From NCBI GenBank assembly GCA_035509615.1, contig DATJLK010000098.1:5314-69313 (forward strand): a DNA stretch of 64,000 nt, in the 5' to 3' direction. Of the stretch, positions 55,904-64,000 are shown piece by piece (positions within the stretch are counted from its first letter, which is position 1; each line of letters starts with the position of its first letter). Both the position numbers and the translations under genes were made by a program. The notes below the pieces were generated by a model that worked only from the letters and a program-made list of their open reading frames with translations, did not search any database and was not told the origin of the DNA. This DNA comes from Stellaceae bacterium (GTDB taxonomy: Bacteria; Pseudomonadota; Alphaproteobacteria; ATCC43930; CGMCC-115725).

Positions 55904-57046
55904 TCAGTCGCGCAGAAATCGGAGCAGCAATTCGGTGACTTTTTCAGGCTGCTCCTGTTGCACCCAATGCCCGGCGCCGTCCAGCAGGTGGACGCCGGTC
56001 ATCCGCGTGCAGGCGGTGCCGTTCATCTTTTCGACCGCCCCTGGGCGCTGGTAGACGCCCCAGTCGCTGCTGCCCGAGATAAAGATCGACGGTATGTCGA
56101 TGGTCTTGCCGGAATAAAGCTGCAGTTCGGCTTCGAACATGCCGCTGGTGCGCGAGCGGTACCAGTTGAGCCCGCCCTGAAACCCGTTGCGGCGGTATTC
56201 GCCAGCATAAACCGCAAGCGCATCATCGGGGAGCCATTGGCAAGCGGCAATCTCGGCTGGCGACGGCATCTCCTTGGCGACCGCGGTCGGCATGTCATCG
56301 GCGAGGTCCATTACGTAATAGGTCGGCATCTTGGCAAGCTCGGTCGCTGTCCAGCCGGCGAGCCGGTGCGGCTTGTTGCCTTTCCAGTCGGCGCTCTTGT
56401 GGTGGTAGTAGGCGCGCAGAAAATCGTGGACGCCCTGCTTGCAATACCACATCGCGGCATTGGCCGGGCGTGTCGAATACCACCATTGGTAATGCTTGCG
56501 TGGCCGCGGCAGTGCTGCCAGCGCTTCGTGAATGGTGGGGCTCTCCGGCACCTGCGGGACTTTGCCGTCGGTCTCGAATGGCAGGCTCGGCGGGCCCTCG
56601 AACGGCGCGCTCATCAGCGCCAACCGGCGGAACACATCAGGCCGCACGAGGGCGCACCAGGCCGCAACCCCGGCGCCGAAATCGTGCCCGATCACCGCCG
56701 CCGTTTCACGGTAGCCGAGCGCGGCGACGAGCCCGAGCGCATCGCGTACCGCGTTCAGATGGCGAAACGGGCGCAGATCGTCGTCGTAATGGGCGCTCCA
56801 CCCGGTGGTGCGGCCGTAGCCGCGCAGATCGGGGGCCACGACATGGTACCCGGCGGATGCCAGCGGCCCGATGATCCGGCGCCAGGAATAGGCGAGTTCA
56901 GGAAAACCATGCAGCAGCAACACGCAGGGACGGCCGGGCTCTCCGGCTTCGAGGATATGGACGCGCAGGCCGTTGACGCGCTCGACAAAGCGCGCGCGGG
57001 TGCCGGCGGGGAGAACCGATCCATCGAGCGGCTGCAGTTCGGTCAT
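55904..57046 (-). CDS. Alpha/beta hydrolase, epoxide-hydrolase-like
   Basis: LLLHGFPELAYSWR, DLRGYGRT, GHDFGAGVA. Start at MTELQ with AAGGAGAGG upstream. The track ORF extension to 57193 lacks an RBS. Confidence 0.75.
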   Translation of the reverse strand: MTELQPLDGSVLPAGTRARFVERVNGLRVHILEAGEPGRPCVLLLHGFPELAYSWRRIIGPLASAGYHVVAPDLRGYGRTTGWSAHYDDDLRPFRHLNAVRDALGLVAALGYRETAAVIGHDFGAGVAAWCALVRPDVFRRLALMSAPFEGPPSLPFETDGKVPQVPESPTIHEALAALPRPRKHYQWWYSTRPANAAMWYCKQGVHDFLRAYYHHKSADWKGNKPHRLAGWTATELAKMPTYYVMDLADDMPTAVAKEMPSPAEIAACQWLPDDALAVYAGEYRRNGFQGGLNWYRSRTSGMFEAELQLYSGKTIDIPSIFISGSSDWGVYQRPGAVEKMNGTACTRMTGVHLLDGAGHWVQQEQPEKVTELLLRFLRD

Positions 57047-57164
57047 TGGCCTCTCCTTTAAGCGTCGCCAGGCTGGGGGTTCTGTCGCCGCCAGGTCAAA
57101 CCGCGATACGATCCCCACCCCCACCGGTACATGCGGGGACAACGTAGAATGGCAGCGAGGATGC

Positions 57165-59507
57165 ATGAGTGTACAGAAGATCGGCGACCACATCCGGCGT
57201 GAGGAAGACCCGCGGCTGCTTCGCGGCCGCGGTCGTTATGCCGATGATGTGCGTCTGCCGCGCGAGGTGCGCGGTTATGTGCTGCGCTCGCCGCATGCGC
57301 ATGCGCAAATCCAGGCCATCGATACGGCTGCCGCGACGGTGTCGCCGGGGGTGTTGTGCGTCCTCACGGGCGAGGATCTGAAAGCGCGCGGGCTCGGCAC
57401 GCTGCGCCCGCTGATGCCGCGCAGGCGGCGCGACGGTTCACCGGCCTTTGTCTGTCCCCAGCCGATCCTCGCCGACGGGGTGGTGCGCTATGTCGGCGAC
57501 CCGGTCGCTTTCATCGTCGCTGAGACGCTGAATGAGGCCAAGGACGCCGCTGAGCTGATCGAGATCGATTACGCGATGCTGCCGGCGGTGATCACCGCCG
57601 AGGCGGCGCTCGCGCCGGGCGCGCCGGCACTGTGGCCGAACAACCCCGGCAACGAGGTCTTTCACCACGTCGCCGGCAACAAGGCGGCGGCCGATGCCGC
57701 GTTTGCCGGCGCGGCGCATATCGTCAAGCACCGCACGGTCAACAACCGCATCACCGCCAACAGCATGGAGCCGCGCGGCTGTCTCGCCGAGTACGACCCT
57801 GACGACCACAGATACACGATCCGCTGCACGATCCAGTCGGCGCACGGCACCAGGACAGCGCTCGCCGACCAGATCTTCAAGGTGCCGCAAAGCCGCGTGC
57901 GCGTATTGTGCGACAATATGGGCGGCGGGTTCGGCATGAAGGGCGGCTGCTATTCCGAATACGCGCTGTCGCTATGGGCAGCCGAGATTATCGGGCGGCC
58001 GGTGAGGTGGATCGCCGAACGTTCGGAAAGCATCATGAGCGACGAGCAGAGCCGTGGCAGCATCGTGGACAGCGAACTGGCGCTTGATGCCGACCTCAAA
58101 TTCCTCGGCTTGCGGGTCAGGTGGGTGAACCCGATCGGCGCCTATTATTCGACCGATCGGCCAACAATCCCGATCACCACCGGGCTCGGCTGCCTGGTGA
58201 ACACTTACGCGTTCCCGGCGGTGTATGTCGAAGTGACCGCGGTGCTAACCAATACGATGACCGTAGCACCCTATCGCGGCGGCGGCCGGCCCGAGCCGAT
58301 CTATGTTACCGAAAGCATTATCGAAAAGGCGGCGCGCCAGTTCGGCGTCGATCCGGCCGAGTTGCGGCGGCGCAACGCCATACCCGCAAGTGCTATGCCC
58401 TATCCGACGCCGATGCAGCAGGTCTACGACAGCGGCGATTTTGTCAAGAACCTCGACGACTGTCTGGCGCTCGGCGACCACGCCGGACAGGCGGCGCGCG
58501 CGGCCGCGGCAAGAGCCCGCGGCAAACTGTTCGGCATCGGCGTCGCCATGGTGACCGCGGCGACCGGCGGCCGCGACTACGAGCACGCCGAGATCCGCTT
58601 TGACGCGGCGGGCGGGGTCGTGCTGCTGACCGGCGCCATGGACCACGGCCAGGGCCATGCGACGACCTTCAAGCAGGTGCTGTCGGAAAAGCTCGGCATC
58701 GACGCGGCTCTGATCCGCTACCGTTATGGCGACAGCGATCTGGTGACGATGGGCATCGGCACCTTCGGCTCACGCTCGGCACAGCTCGCCGGGTCGGCGA
58801 TTGTCGTTGCCGCCGACAAGCTGATCGACAAGGGCCGCCATATCGCCGCGCATATGATGGAGGCGGCGTCGGACGATGTGAGCTTCCATGCCGGACACTT
58901 TGTGATCACCGGCACCGACCGCTCGGTCGGGCTCGCCGAGGTGGCGCGGCATTCGTTTCACGCGCAGCTGCTGCCAAACGACATCGAGACCGGGTTTACC
59001 GAGCGTGCCAATTTTGGCCCCAACGGCTCGGCGACCTTCCCCTCCGGCGCGCATCTGGCCGAGGTCGAGATCGACGCCGAGACCGGCCGGGTCGAACTGA
59101 CCCGCTACACCGCGGTCGACGATTGCGGCGTCGTGCTCAATCCGCTGCTTGCGGAGGGACAGATCCAGGGCGGCATCGTGCAGGGGATCGGCCAGGTGCT
59201 GATGGAGAACATCGTCTATGACGAGCGCGGCCAGCTTTTGTCCGGCTCGTTCCAGGATTACTGCATGCCGCGCGCCGGTGATTTCTGCCGTTTCGAGCTC
59301 GGCAGCAACGAGAGCCCGACCAACCGCAACCCGCTCGGGGTCAAGGGTGTGGGCGAGGCCGGCACGCTGGGGGCCATCCCGGCGGTGATGAACGCGGTCA
59401 ATGACGCGCTGGCACGGATCGGGGCGCCCGCGGTCGAGATGCCGGCAACGAGCGAGAAGGTGTGGCGGGCCATCCGCGCCGCAAACGGCAACGGGACGAG
59501 CGCATAA
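57165..59507 (+). CDS. Xanthine dehydrogenase/aldehyde oxidase-family molybdopterin-binding (large) subunit
   Basis: MSVQKIGDHIRREEDPRLLRGRGRYADDV, RITANSMEPRG, and the active-site loop APYRGGGRPEP. This loop is not the form-I CO-dehydrogenase VAYRCSFR motif. ATG at 57165 with GAGGA upstream. Confidence 0.8.
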   Translation: MSVQKIGDHIRREEDPRLLRGRGRYADDVRLPREVRGYVLRSPHAHAQIQAIDTAAATVSPGVLCVLTGEDLKARGLGTLRPLMPRRRRDGSPAFVCPQPILADGVVRYVGDPVAFIVAETLNEAKDAAELIEIDYAMLPAVITAEAALAPGAPALWPNNPGNEVFHHVAGNKAAADAAFAGAAHIVKHRTVNNRITANSMEPRGCLAEYDPDDHRYTIRCTIQSAHGTRTALADQIFKVPQSRVRVLCDNMGGGFGMKGGCYSEYALSLWAAEIIGRPVRWIAERSESIMSDEQSRGSIVDSELALDADLKFLGLRVRWVNPIGAYYSTDRPTIPITTGLGCLVNTYAFPAVYVEVTAVLTNTMTVAPYRGGGRPEPIYVTESIIEKAARQFGVDPAELRRRNAIPASAMPYPTPMQQVYDSGDFVKNLDDCLALGDHAGQAARAAAARARGKLFGIGVAMVTAATGGRDYEHAEIRFDAAGGVVLLTGAMDHGQGHATTFKQVLSEKLGIDAALIRYRYGDSDLVTMGIGTFGSRSAQLAGSAIVVAADKLIDKGRHIAAHMMEAASDDVSFHAGHFVITGTDRSVGLAEVARHSFHAQLLPNDIETGFTERANFGPNGSATFPSGAHLAEVEIDAETGRVELTRYTAVDDCGVVLNPLLAEGQIQGGIVQGIGQVLMENIVYDERGQLLSGSFQDYCMPRAGDFCRFELGSNESPTNRNPLGVKGVGEAGTLGAIPAVMNAVNDALARIGAPAVEMPATSEKVWRAIRAANGNGTSA

Positions 59508-59599
59508 AGCTCGCCGTCATTACGGCAGTTGGAACGCAAATTGTCGTCTTGTCGTCGCCGACCTGAACCCGCGGCGACCCGGCGACCGGGAGAACCGCG

Positions 59600-60814
59600 A
59601 TGAAGCCTTGGCTGACGATCGTCGGCATTGGCGAGGACGGGCTGGCCGGGCTCGGCAGCGCCGCCCGGGCGGCGATCGACGGCGCGAAAACCTTGTTCGG
59701 CAGCAAGCGGCATCTCGCCCTCGTGCCGTGCGGCGATCAGCAACGCATCGCTTGGCCAAGCCCGTTCGCCCAAGCATTCGACTTGCTGCTGGCACGTCGC
59801 GGCACGCCGGTTTGCGTGCTCGCCAGCGGCGATCCGATGTGGTTCGGGATTGGCGCGAGCCTCGCGCGCCATGTCCCGCCCGAGGAATGCGCCGTCTATC
59901 CGGCGCCGTCGTCGTTCAGCTTGGCGGCCGCCCGTCTCGGCTGGCCGGTCCAGGACGTGATACCGCTCTCGGTACACAGCCGACCGGTCGAGGCCTTGCA
60001 TCCGTACATCCAGCCGCAAGCCCGTTTGCTCATCCTGAGCAAAAACGGCCGCACCCCGGCTGCGATTGCGAAGCTGCTGAGCGAACGCGGGTTCGGCGCA
60101 AGCCGTCTCTCGGTGCTTGAGCATCTCGGCGGCTCGGCGGAACGGCGCATCGACGGCACCGCCGGCGAGTGGCCGGAGCAGCCGACGGCCGATTTTAACA
60201 TTGTCGCAGCCCGTTGCCTGGTCGGTGAGGGTGCAGCCGTCTTGTCGACGCTGGCGGGATTGCCGGATGACGCCTACACCCATGACGGCCAGCTGACCAA
60301 GCGTTCGGTGCGCGCCGTCACGCTCGCGCATCTCGCGCCGGCGCCGGGCGAACTCTTGTGGGATGTCGGGGCCGGGTGCGGTTCGATCGGCATCGAATGG
60401 ATGCGCCATCACCCCTCTTGCCAAACGATCGCGGTCGAGGTCGAGCCGACCCGATGCGACTTCATCAAGGAGAATTGCTTCCGGCTCGGCGTCCCCGGTC
60501 TGCGCCTCATCGAGGGCCGCGCGCCCGAAGCGCTGTCGAACCTCGGTCCGCCCGACGCGATCTTTATCGGCGGCGGCCTCTCCGATCCCGATGTCATCGA
60601 ACGCTGCTGGGAAGCGCTGCCGCCGGGAGGACGGCTGGTCGCGAATGCGGTCACCCTGCAGGGCGAGGCATTGCTGATCGAGTGGCGGGGCCGCACGCAA
60701 GGAGAATTGATTCGTATCTCGGTCGCCCGCGCCGAACCGCTCGGGCGCTTTGCGGGCTGGCGGACGGCAATGCCGGTGACCCTGCTGGCCGCGGTCAAGC
60801 GGCGGAAGAGGTGA
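59600..60814 (+). CDS. cobL: Precorrin-6Y C5,15-methyltransferase (decarboxylating), fused CbiE/CbiT type
   Basis: [31 protein letters not shown], and the C-terminal SAM-MT half [15 protein letters not shown]. Length is 404 aa. Confidence 0.8.
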   Translation: MKPWLTIVGIGEDGLAGLGSAARAAIDGAKTLFGSKRHLALVPCGDQQRIAWPSPFAQAFDLLLARRGTPVCVLASGDPMWFGIGASLARHVPPEECAVYPAPSSFSLAAARLGWPVQDVIPLSVHSRPVEALHPYIQPQARLLILSKNGRTPAAIAKLLSERGFGASRLSVLEHLGGSAERRIDGTAGEWPEQPTADFNIVAARCLVGEGAAVLSTLAGLPDDAYTHDGQLTKRSVRAVTLAHLAPAPGELLWDVGAGCGSIGIEWMRHHPSCQTIAVEVEPTRCDFIKENCFRLGVPGLRLIEGRAPEALSNLGPPDAIFIGGGLSDPDVIERCWEALPPGGRLVANAVTLQGEALLIEWRGRTQGELIRISVARAEPLGRFAGWRTAMPVTLLAAVKRRKR

Positions 60815-61089
60815 GTACCCCCAGCGGGGACCGCGGGTCAGCCGGCGGTCGCGGTGATCGGTTTCGTCCGCTCGATCGGCCTGCCCGCTGACCCAACATG
60901 ATGGAGCGAGGTTTGTGTCGTGCTGATCGTTGCCGGTGCGAATTTGTGCTTTCGGCCTATTGTAAGCCGCGTGAATAGACAACGCTTGGTGCGCTGGAGG
61001 CCAAGACGCGTTATTCGGGGGCATTGCGGTGCGAAGGACCGGAGGAATCGCACATCTGCGCGCCATTGCTTCAATCGGCAGCGAGTGCC

Positions 61090-61332
61090 ATGAGTTCGGA
61101 GATCGGCGTTGATGGCGTTCTCGTCGTTGCGATCGACAAAGACATGCTGGCGACGAACAACGGGTGCACCCACTCTATGGTGGGCGATGATCTTGGTTGG
61201 AGCATTGCCAATCTGACCGGGCGCCGATCGGGACGTGACGGCATCCTGATCGAGATCATCGGCGGCCGCGATCCTGATCCCGGCGCGCGGCGCGACGGAC
61301 CGGTCGGCTGCGTCGCCGAGGTCTCGCGGTGA
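61090..61332 (+). CDS. Possible small hypothetical protein, translationally coupled to cobF
   Basis: The ORF ends in GTGA, overlapping the cobF GTG start (61329). Codon bias is plausible, but I recognise no motif and the start is unclear (ATG at 61090 or TTG at 61024). Confidence 0.25.
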   Translation: MSSEIGVDGVLVVAIDKDMLATNNGCTHSMVGDDLGWSIANLTGRRSGRDGILIEIIGGRDPDPGARRDGPVGCVAEVSR

Positions 61333-62096
61333 AAACCATCCTCATCATCGGGATTGGCGCGGGCGACCCCGACTATGTGACGATCCAGGCGATCAACGCC
61401 CTCAACCGCACCGATGTCTTCTTCATGCTTGATAAAGGCGCGAGCAAGCGGAAGCTCCTCACGCTGCGCGAGGAAATCTGCCGACGATACATCAAGCACC
61501 GGAACTACCGGTTTCTCGATGCGACCAGCCCGGAATGGGAACGCGGCGCCGCCGACTATCGCGCTACGATCGACGCGCTCAACGACGACAAGCGGGCGCT
61601 GTTCGAGCGGCTGATCGCCGACGGCATGGCGGACGGAGAGTGCGGCGCCTTTCTGGTTTTGGGCGATCCGGCCTTGTACGACAGTACGGTTCGCATCATT
61701 GCAGCAATCGCTACCAGCGGCGCGCGCGACATCGAGTACGAGGTCATCCCGGGGATCAGCGCCGTGCAGGCGCTGGCTGCCAAGCACAAGATCGCGCTCA
61801 ACCTTATCGGCGAACCGGTCGAGATAACCACTGGTCGCAAGCTGGCCGAGGGGTTGTCGGAAAATTCGGACAGCATTGTCGTCATGCTCGACGCCCACAA
61901 CACCTATCGGCAATTCGCCGATCAGGACATCGACATCTTCTGGGGCGCCTATATCGGCACGCCGGACGAAATCCTGATCGCGGGCAAGCTCAAGGTCGTG
62001 GCCGAACAAATCGAACGGGTCAGAACCGCAGCGCGCCAGGCGAATGGCTGGATCATGGATACCTATCTAATAAGGAGGAATCGCGGCAAAGGTTGA
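61329..62096 (+). CDS. cobF: Precorrin-6A synthase (deacetylating)
   Basis: ILIIGIGAGDPDYVTIQAINALNRTDVFF, LVLGDPALYDST, EVIPGISAVQALAA. Length is 255 aa. cobF is specific to the aerobic pathway. Confidence 0.75.
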   Translation: MKTILIIGIGAGDPDYVTIQAINALNRTDVFFMLDKGASKRKLLTLREEICRRYIKHRNYRFLDATSPEWERGAADYRATIDALNDDKRALFERLIADGMADGECGAFLVLGDPALYDSTVRIIAAIATSGARDIEYEVIPGISAVQALAAKHKIALNLIGEPVEITTGRKLAEGLSENSDSIVVMLDAHNTYRQFADQDIDIFWGAYIGTPDEILIAGKLKVVAEQIERVRTAARQANGWIMDTYLIRRNRGKG

Positions 62097-62379
62097 ACGC
62101 GCCGGCTTGGCCTGTTGCTATGGTGCCCTGTTGCTATGGTGCCGGTATGCCGAAAGCCGGTTGGGCACAGGGTTAGGGCCACACCTCGCTGATGGCGATA
62201 TCCGGGGTTAAGAGAGAATTCGGTGCGTCGTTTCGGGCTGTGTCGTCTCAGCAATTACGGCGCGCGCCCGATCGGTTGAGAAGCACCGCCTGCGAGCGAT
62301 GTCCGTGATCACTTCGAGCGAATTTCCCCGCGCCTGTCGGCCGCGCTCGTTCCGACGAGCTTGGCGGGGCGGTTGCCGC

Positions 62380-62658
62380 TTAGGCGTCGGTGGCGGTCGT
62401 GGGGTCGATCATGCGGCGGACTTCGGTGATTTTGTTGGCGGGAAAGCCGCTGCGCCGCGAGTGCTCGCGGATGATTTCCTCATTCTGGGCAAGATAGATG
62501 CAAAATGTCTTGTCGCCGGCGACATAACTTTCGACCCATTGGATATCGGGCCCCAGTTCCTTTAACACCGCGTTCGATTTCTGCGCGGCTTCTTTCAAGG
62601 CTTGGCGTTCGGCACTGCCAATCGCAGGCAATTCGCGTTCAATGATGTATTTGCGCAT
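62380..62658 (-). CDS. DUF4242-family small protein
   Basis: MRKYIIERELPAIGSAERQALKEAAQKSNAVLKELGPDIQWVESYVAGDKTFCIYLA is typical of DUF4242. Start with GGGGAG upstream. Confidence 0.65.
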   Translation of the reverse strand: MRKYIIERELPAIGSAERQALKEAAQKSNAVLKELGPDIQWVESYVAGDKTFCIYLAQNEEIIREHSRRSGFPANKITEVRRMIDPTTATDA

Positions 62659-62767
62659 CGCTCGCTCCCCGAATGCATGATGCGCGATCGTGTCAGATCG
62701 GGCGGCAGGCGTAAAGCATCCCGGGAAGGTGGGATTCGGGCGCACGCCTGCCGTGCGCGAGCGCCGG

Positions 62768-63484
62768 TCATCGGCGCGCGGCGCGCATCGCCGCCAGTAC
62801 TTTCGGATAATGAATGGGCGGGGTCATGTGGTAGTGGGCCCTGATCGCCGCGACCGGCTCGGCCAACAGGTTCTCCCAATCGGCGGCGTACAGCCATCCC
62901 GCGCGCCGACCACGGCGATAGGCTTCAAACACCGCGCGGCGTACCGGTTGACCGCGCAACCGGCGCGAAATCCGTTGCGCCACGAACATCGCAATCACCG
63001 CGAACCCCTTCAGCCCGGTCTGTGCGTATGAGAACGCGAGCAGACAGCCCTCGCCGAGCGGGTCGCGGCCATAGCCGGTGACGACATGCAGCAAATCGTG
63101 GATATCGCGTCCGCGCTCGCGGAAGAGGGTGTAACTATCGCCCGGTACCAGGGTGTCGCGAATTTGCGAGGCTTCGACCAGCCCCTCCGCCGTCAGGTTT
63201 TCGGTGGCCATAAATTCGTGATAAACGCGCCCGAGTGTTCCCGACGGAAAGGTGGCGAGACGTTCGCGGTCGCTTAGCCACTCGAGCAGCTGGCGGTGCT
63301 CAGCAAGCACGGCGCGGCCGGTCTCGGTCGCTTGAAACCGCGCAAATTGGCGCACCGAAGTCTTGCCGCGCAACGCATCGATCAGCATGACCGCCTGTTT
63401 TATGTCGCCGCGGTTGCGCTTTAGATTGCGCATCGCGCGCCATGCAACGATCGGCTGAAGGCGTGTGCTGATGGGTTGTGCCAT
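62768..63484 (-). CDS. Coq4-family (ubiquinone biosynthesis protein Coq4-like) protein
   Basis: The HDLLHVVTGYGRDPLGE motif (HDxxH-type Coq4 signature) and overall similarity. ATG at 63484 with GAGGA 8 nt upstream. Confidence 0.6.
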   Translation of the reverse strand: MAQPISTRLQPIVAWRAMRNLKRNRGDIKQAVMLIDALRGKTSVRQFARFQATETGRAVLAEHRQLLEWLSDRERLATFPSGTLGRVYHEFMATENLTAEGLVEASQIRDTLVPGDSYTLFRERGRDIHDLLHVVTGYGRDPLGEGCLLAFSYAQTGLKGFAVIAMFVAQRISRRLRGQPVRRAVFEAYRRGRRAGWLYAADWENLLAEPVAAIRAHYHMTPPIHYPKVLAAMRAARR

Positions 63485-63521
63485 GGCCCGATCCTCGTAA
63501 GCTCTCGCCGACAATCAGCAT

Positions 63522-63541
63522 TACTGACAATATTGTCAGTA
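63522..63541. promoter_or_regulatory. 20-bp perfect palindrome TACTGACAATATTGTCAGTA, candidate TetR operator
   Basis: Read directly. It is centred in the 88-nt divergent intergenic region between the Coq4-like and TetR genes. Confidence 0.6.
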
Positions 63542-63572
63542 TATATCCCGTCGTCAAGAGGCACTTTGCAAA

Positions 63573-64000
63573 ATGGCTGAGAGCGCAAAGCGGGTTCGCC
63601 GCACACCCGATCAGGCGCGCCGCCTCATTCTTGATGCGGCGCAGGCGGCAATCGCCCGCACCGGCCCCGAAGGGTTGCGGCTTCACGACATTGCCGCCGC
63701 TGCGGGCGTGTCGCACCCGCTGATCCTGCACCATTTCGGAAGCCGGGCCGGTCTCGTACGGGCGCTGACGCGCGAGGCGGTTGTCGAACTCAGGGACAAG
63801 CTGGTCGCGGCGATGAGCGAACCCGACAATACAACCGAGGAACAGCTCGCCCGTGTGTTTTATGCCTTTCGCGGCGGGCTCGGGCAGCGTTTGGCCTGGC
63901 TCGCCACGGTCGATCCTGATGGCGACGAGAGCGCTGCCGCAATGATCCAGCGCGACTTTGCCGATCGGCTGCACGGCCGCCGCGTTGCCGCGGCGCCGCC
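63573..64000 (+). CDS. TetR-family transcriptional regulator (3'-truncated by the window edge)
   Basis: MAESAKRVRRTPDQARRLILDAAQAAIARTGPEGLRLHDIAAAAGVSHPLILHHFGSRAGL is a TetR N-terminal helix-turn-helix. The frame is open to the window end. It is absent from the ORF track because no stop is reached. Confidence 0.8.
   Translation, partial: MAESAKRVRRTPDQARRLILDAAQAAIARTGPEGLRLHDIAAAAGVSHPLILHHFGSRAGLVRALTREAVVELRDKLVAAMSEPDNTTEEQLARVFYAFRGGLGQRLAWLATVDPDGDESAAAMIQRDFADRLHGRRVAAAP

Noticed and set aside
56973-57164. Upstream extension of the Mo-hydroxylase ORF, and the extension of the hydrolase ORF to 57193
   Set aside because: The two extensions overlap each other across the divergent promoter region and have no RBS. 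Internal starts with good Shine-Dalgarno sequences (57165 and 57046) give canonical N-termini.
60925-61015. Cobalamin-riboswitch-like string upstream of cobF (ccggtgcgaatttgtgc...ctattgtaagccgcg resembles CGGTGcGAAtCCGtgGC...CaACTGTAAGCgg)
   Set aside because: The segment lacks the preceding GGGAA element and a convincing B12 box (GCCACTG / AGCCAGGAGACCTGCC). The arms that should pair (gtgc...gtgc) are not complementary. I treat it as chance similarity unless an Infernal scan says otherwise.
59258-61066. 602-aa minus-strand ORF opposite the 3' end of the Mo-hydroxylase gene and all of cobL
   Set aside because: It has extreme Arg/Ala/Pro composition and no motifs, and the opposite strand encodes well-recognised proteins. 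It is a shadow ORF. The same reasoning applies to 52332-53312, 55958-57061, 61071-62009, 46189-47040, 47289-48080, 40153-40944 and 41153-42130.
1-64000. Search for CRISPR arrays, IS elements, integrases, prophage genes or known defence systems
   Set aside because: I saw no repeat-spacer periodicity, no transposase or integrase motifs, and no terminal inverted repeats. The only repeats are the short tandem ones listed as features.

Overview
High-GC, alphaproteobacterium-like chromosomal segment (inferred from composition and from neighbours such as the aerobic-pathway cobL/cobF genes and an lpiA(mprF)/acvB-type gene). Positions 2-35039 hold the 3' part of a very large hybrid PKS/NRPS lipopeptide gene cluster. 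It consists of four co-directional megasynthase genes, two pairs joined by ATGA stop/start overlaps, followed by a type II thioesterase. Architecture in the window: ...carrier | aminotransferase - luciferase-like monooxygenase - C-A-T | C-A-T-C-A-T-C-A(MT)-T-E | C-A-T | dock-C-A-T-C-A(MT)-T-C-A-T-TE. That is 8 NRPS modules. The first gene runs off the 5' window edge, so the loading and PKS part is not visible. I extracted the specificity residues by hand. They suggest beta-amino(-hydroxy) fatty acyl-Thr-Val-Gln-D-(Me)Thr-Gln-Thr-(Me)Asn-Pro, an iturin/puwainaphycin-like logic in a proteobacterial setting. This is the main candidate for something new. The cluster side ends at the 3' end of a tRNA-Val(GAC) gene (35938-36012, minus strand). 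The remaining 28 kb holds mostly ordinary genes: metC, an in-frame MprF(LpiA)-AcvB fusion, a multiply disrupted arylsulfatase pseudogene, a GH63-like glucosidase, an ALDH/SDR/AKR operon, a visibly lower-GC secreted aldose 1-epimerase, an epoxide-hydrolase-like alpha/beta hydrolase, a lone molybdo-hydroxylase large subunit, cobL, cobF, a DUF4242 protein, and a Coq4-like gene divergent from a TetR gene across a 20-bp perfect palindrome. No CRISPR array, rRNA, integrase or transposase was seen. Limits: all calls rest on motif recognition by eye, with no HMM or BLAST run. Domain borders are approximate (about +/-60 nt). Substrate predictions and comparisons to known pathways come from memory.
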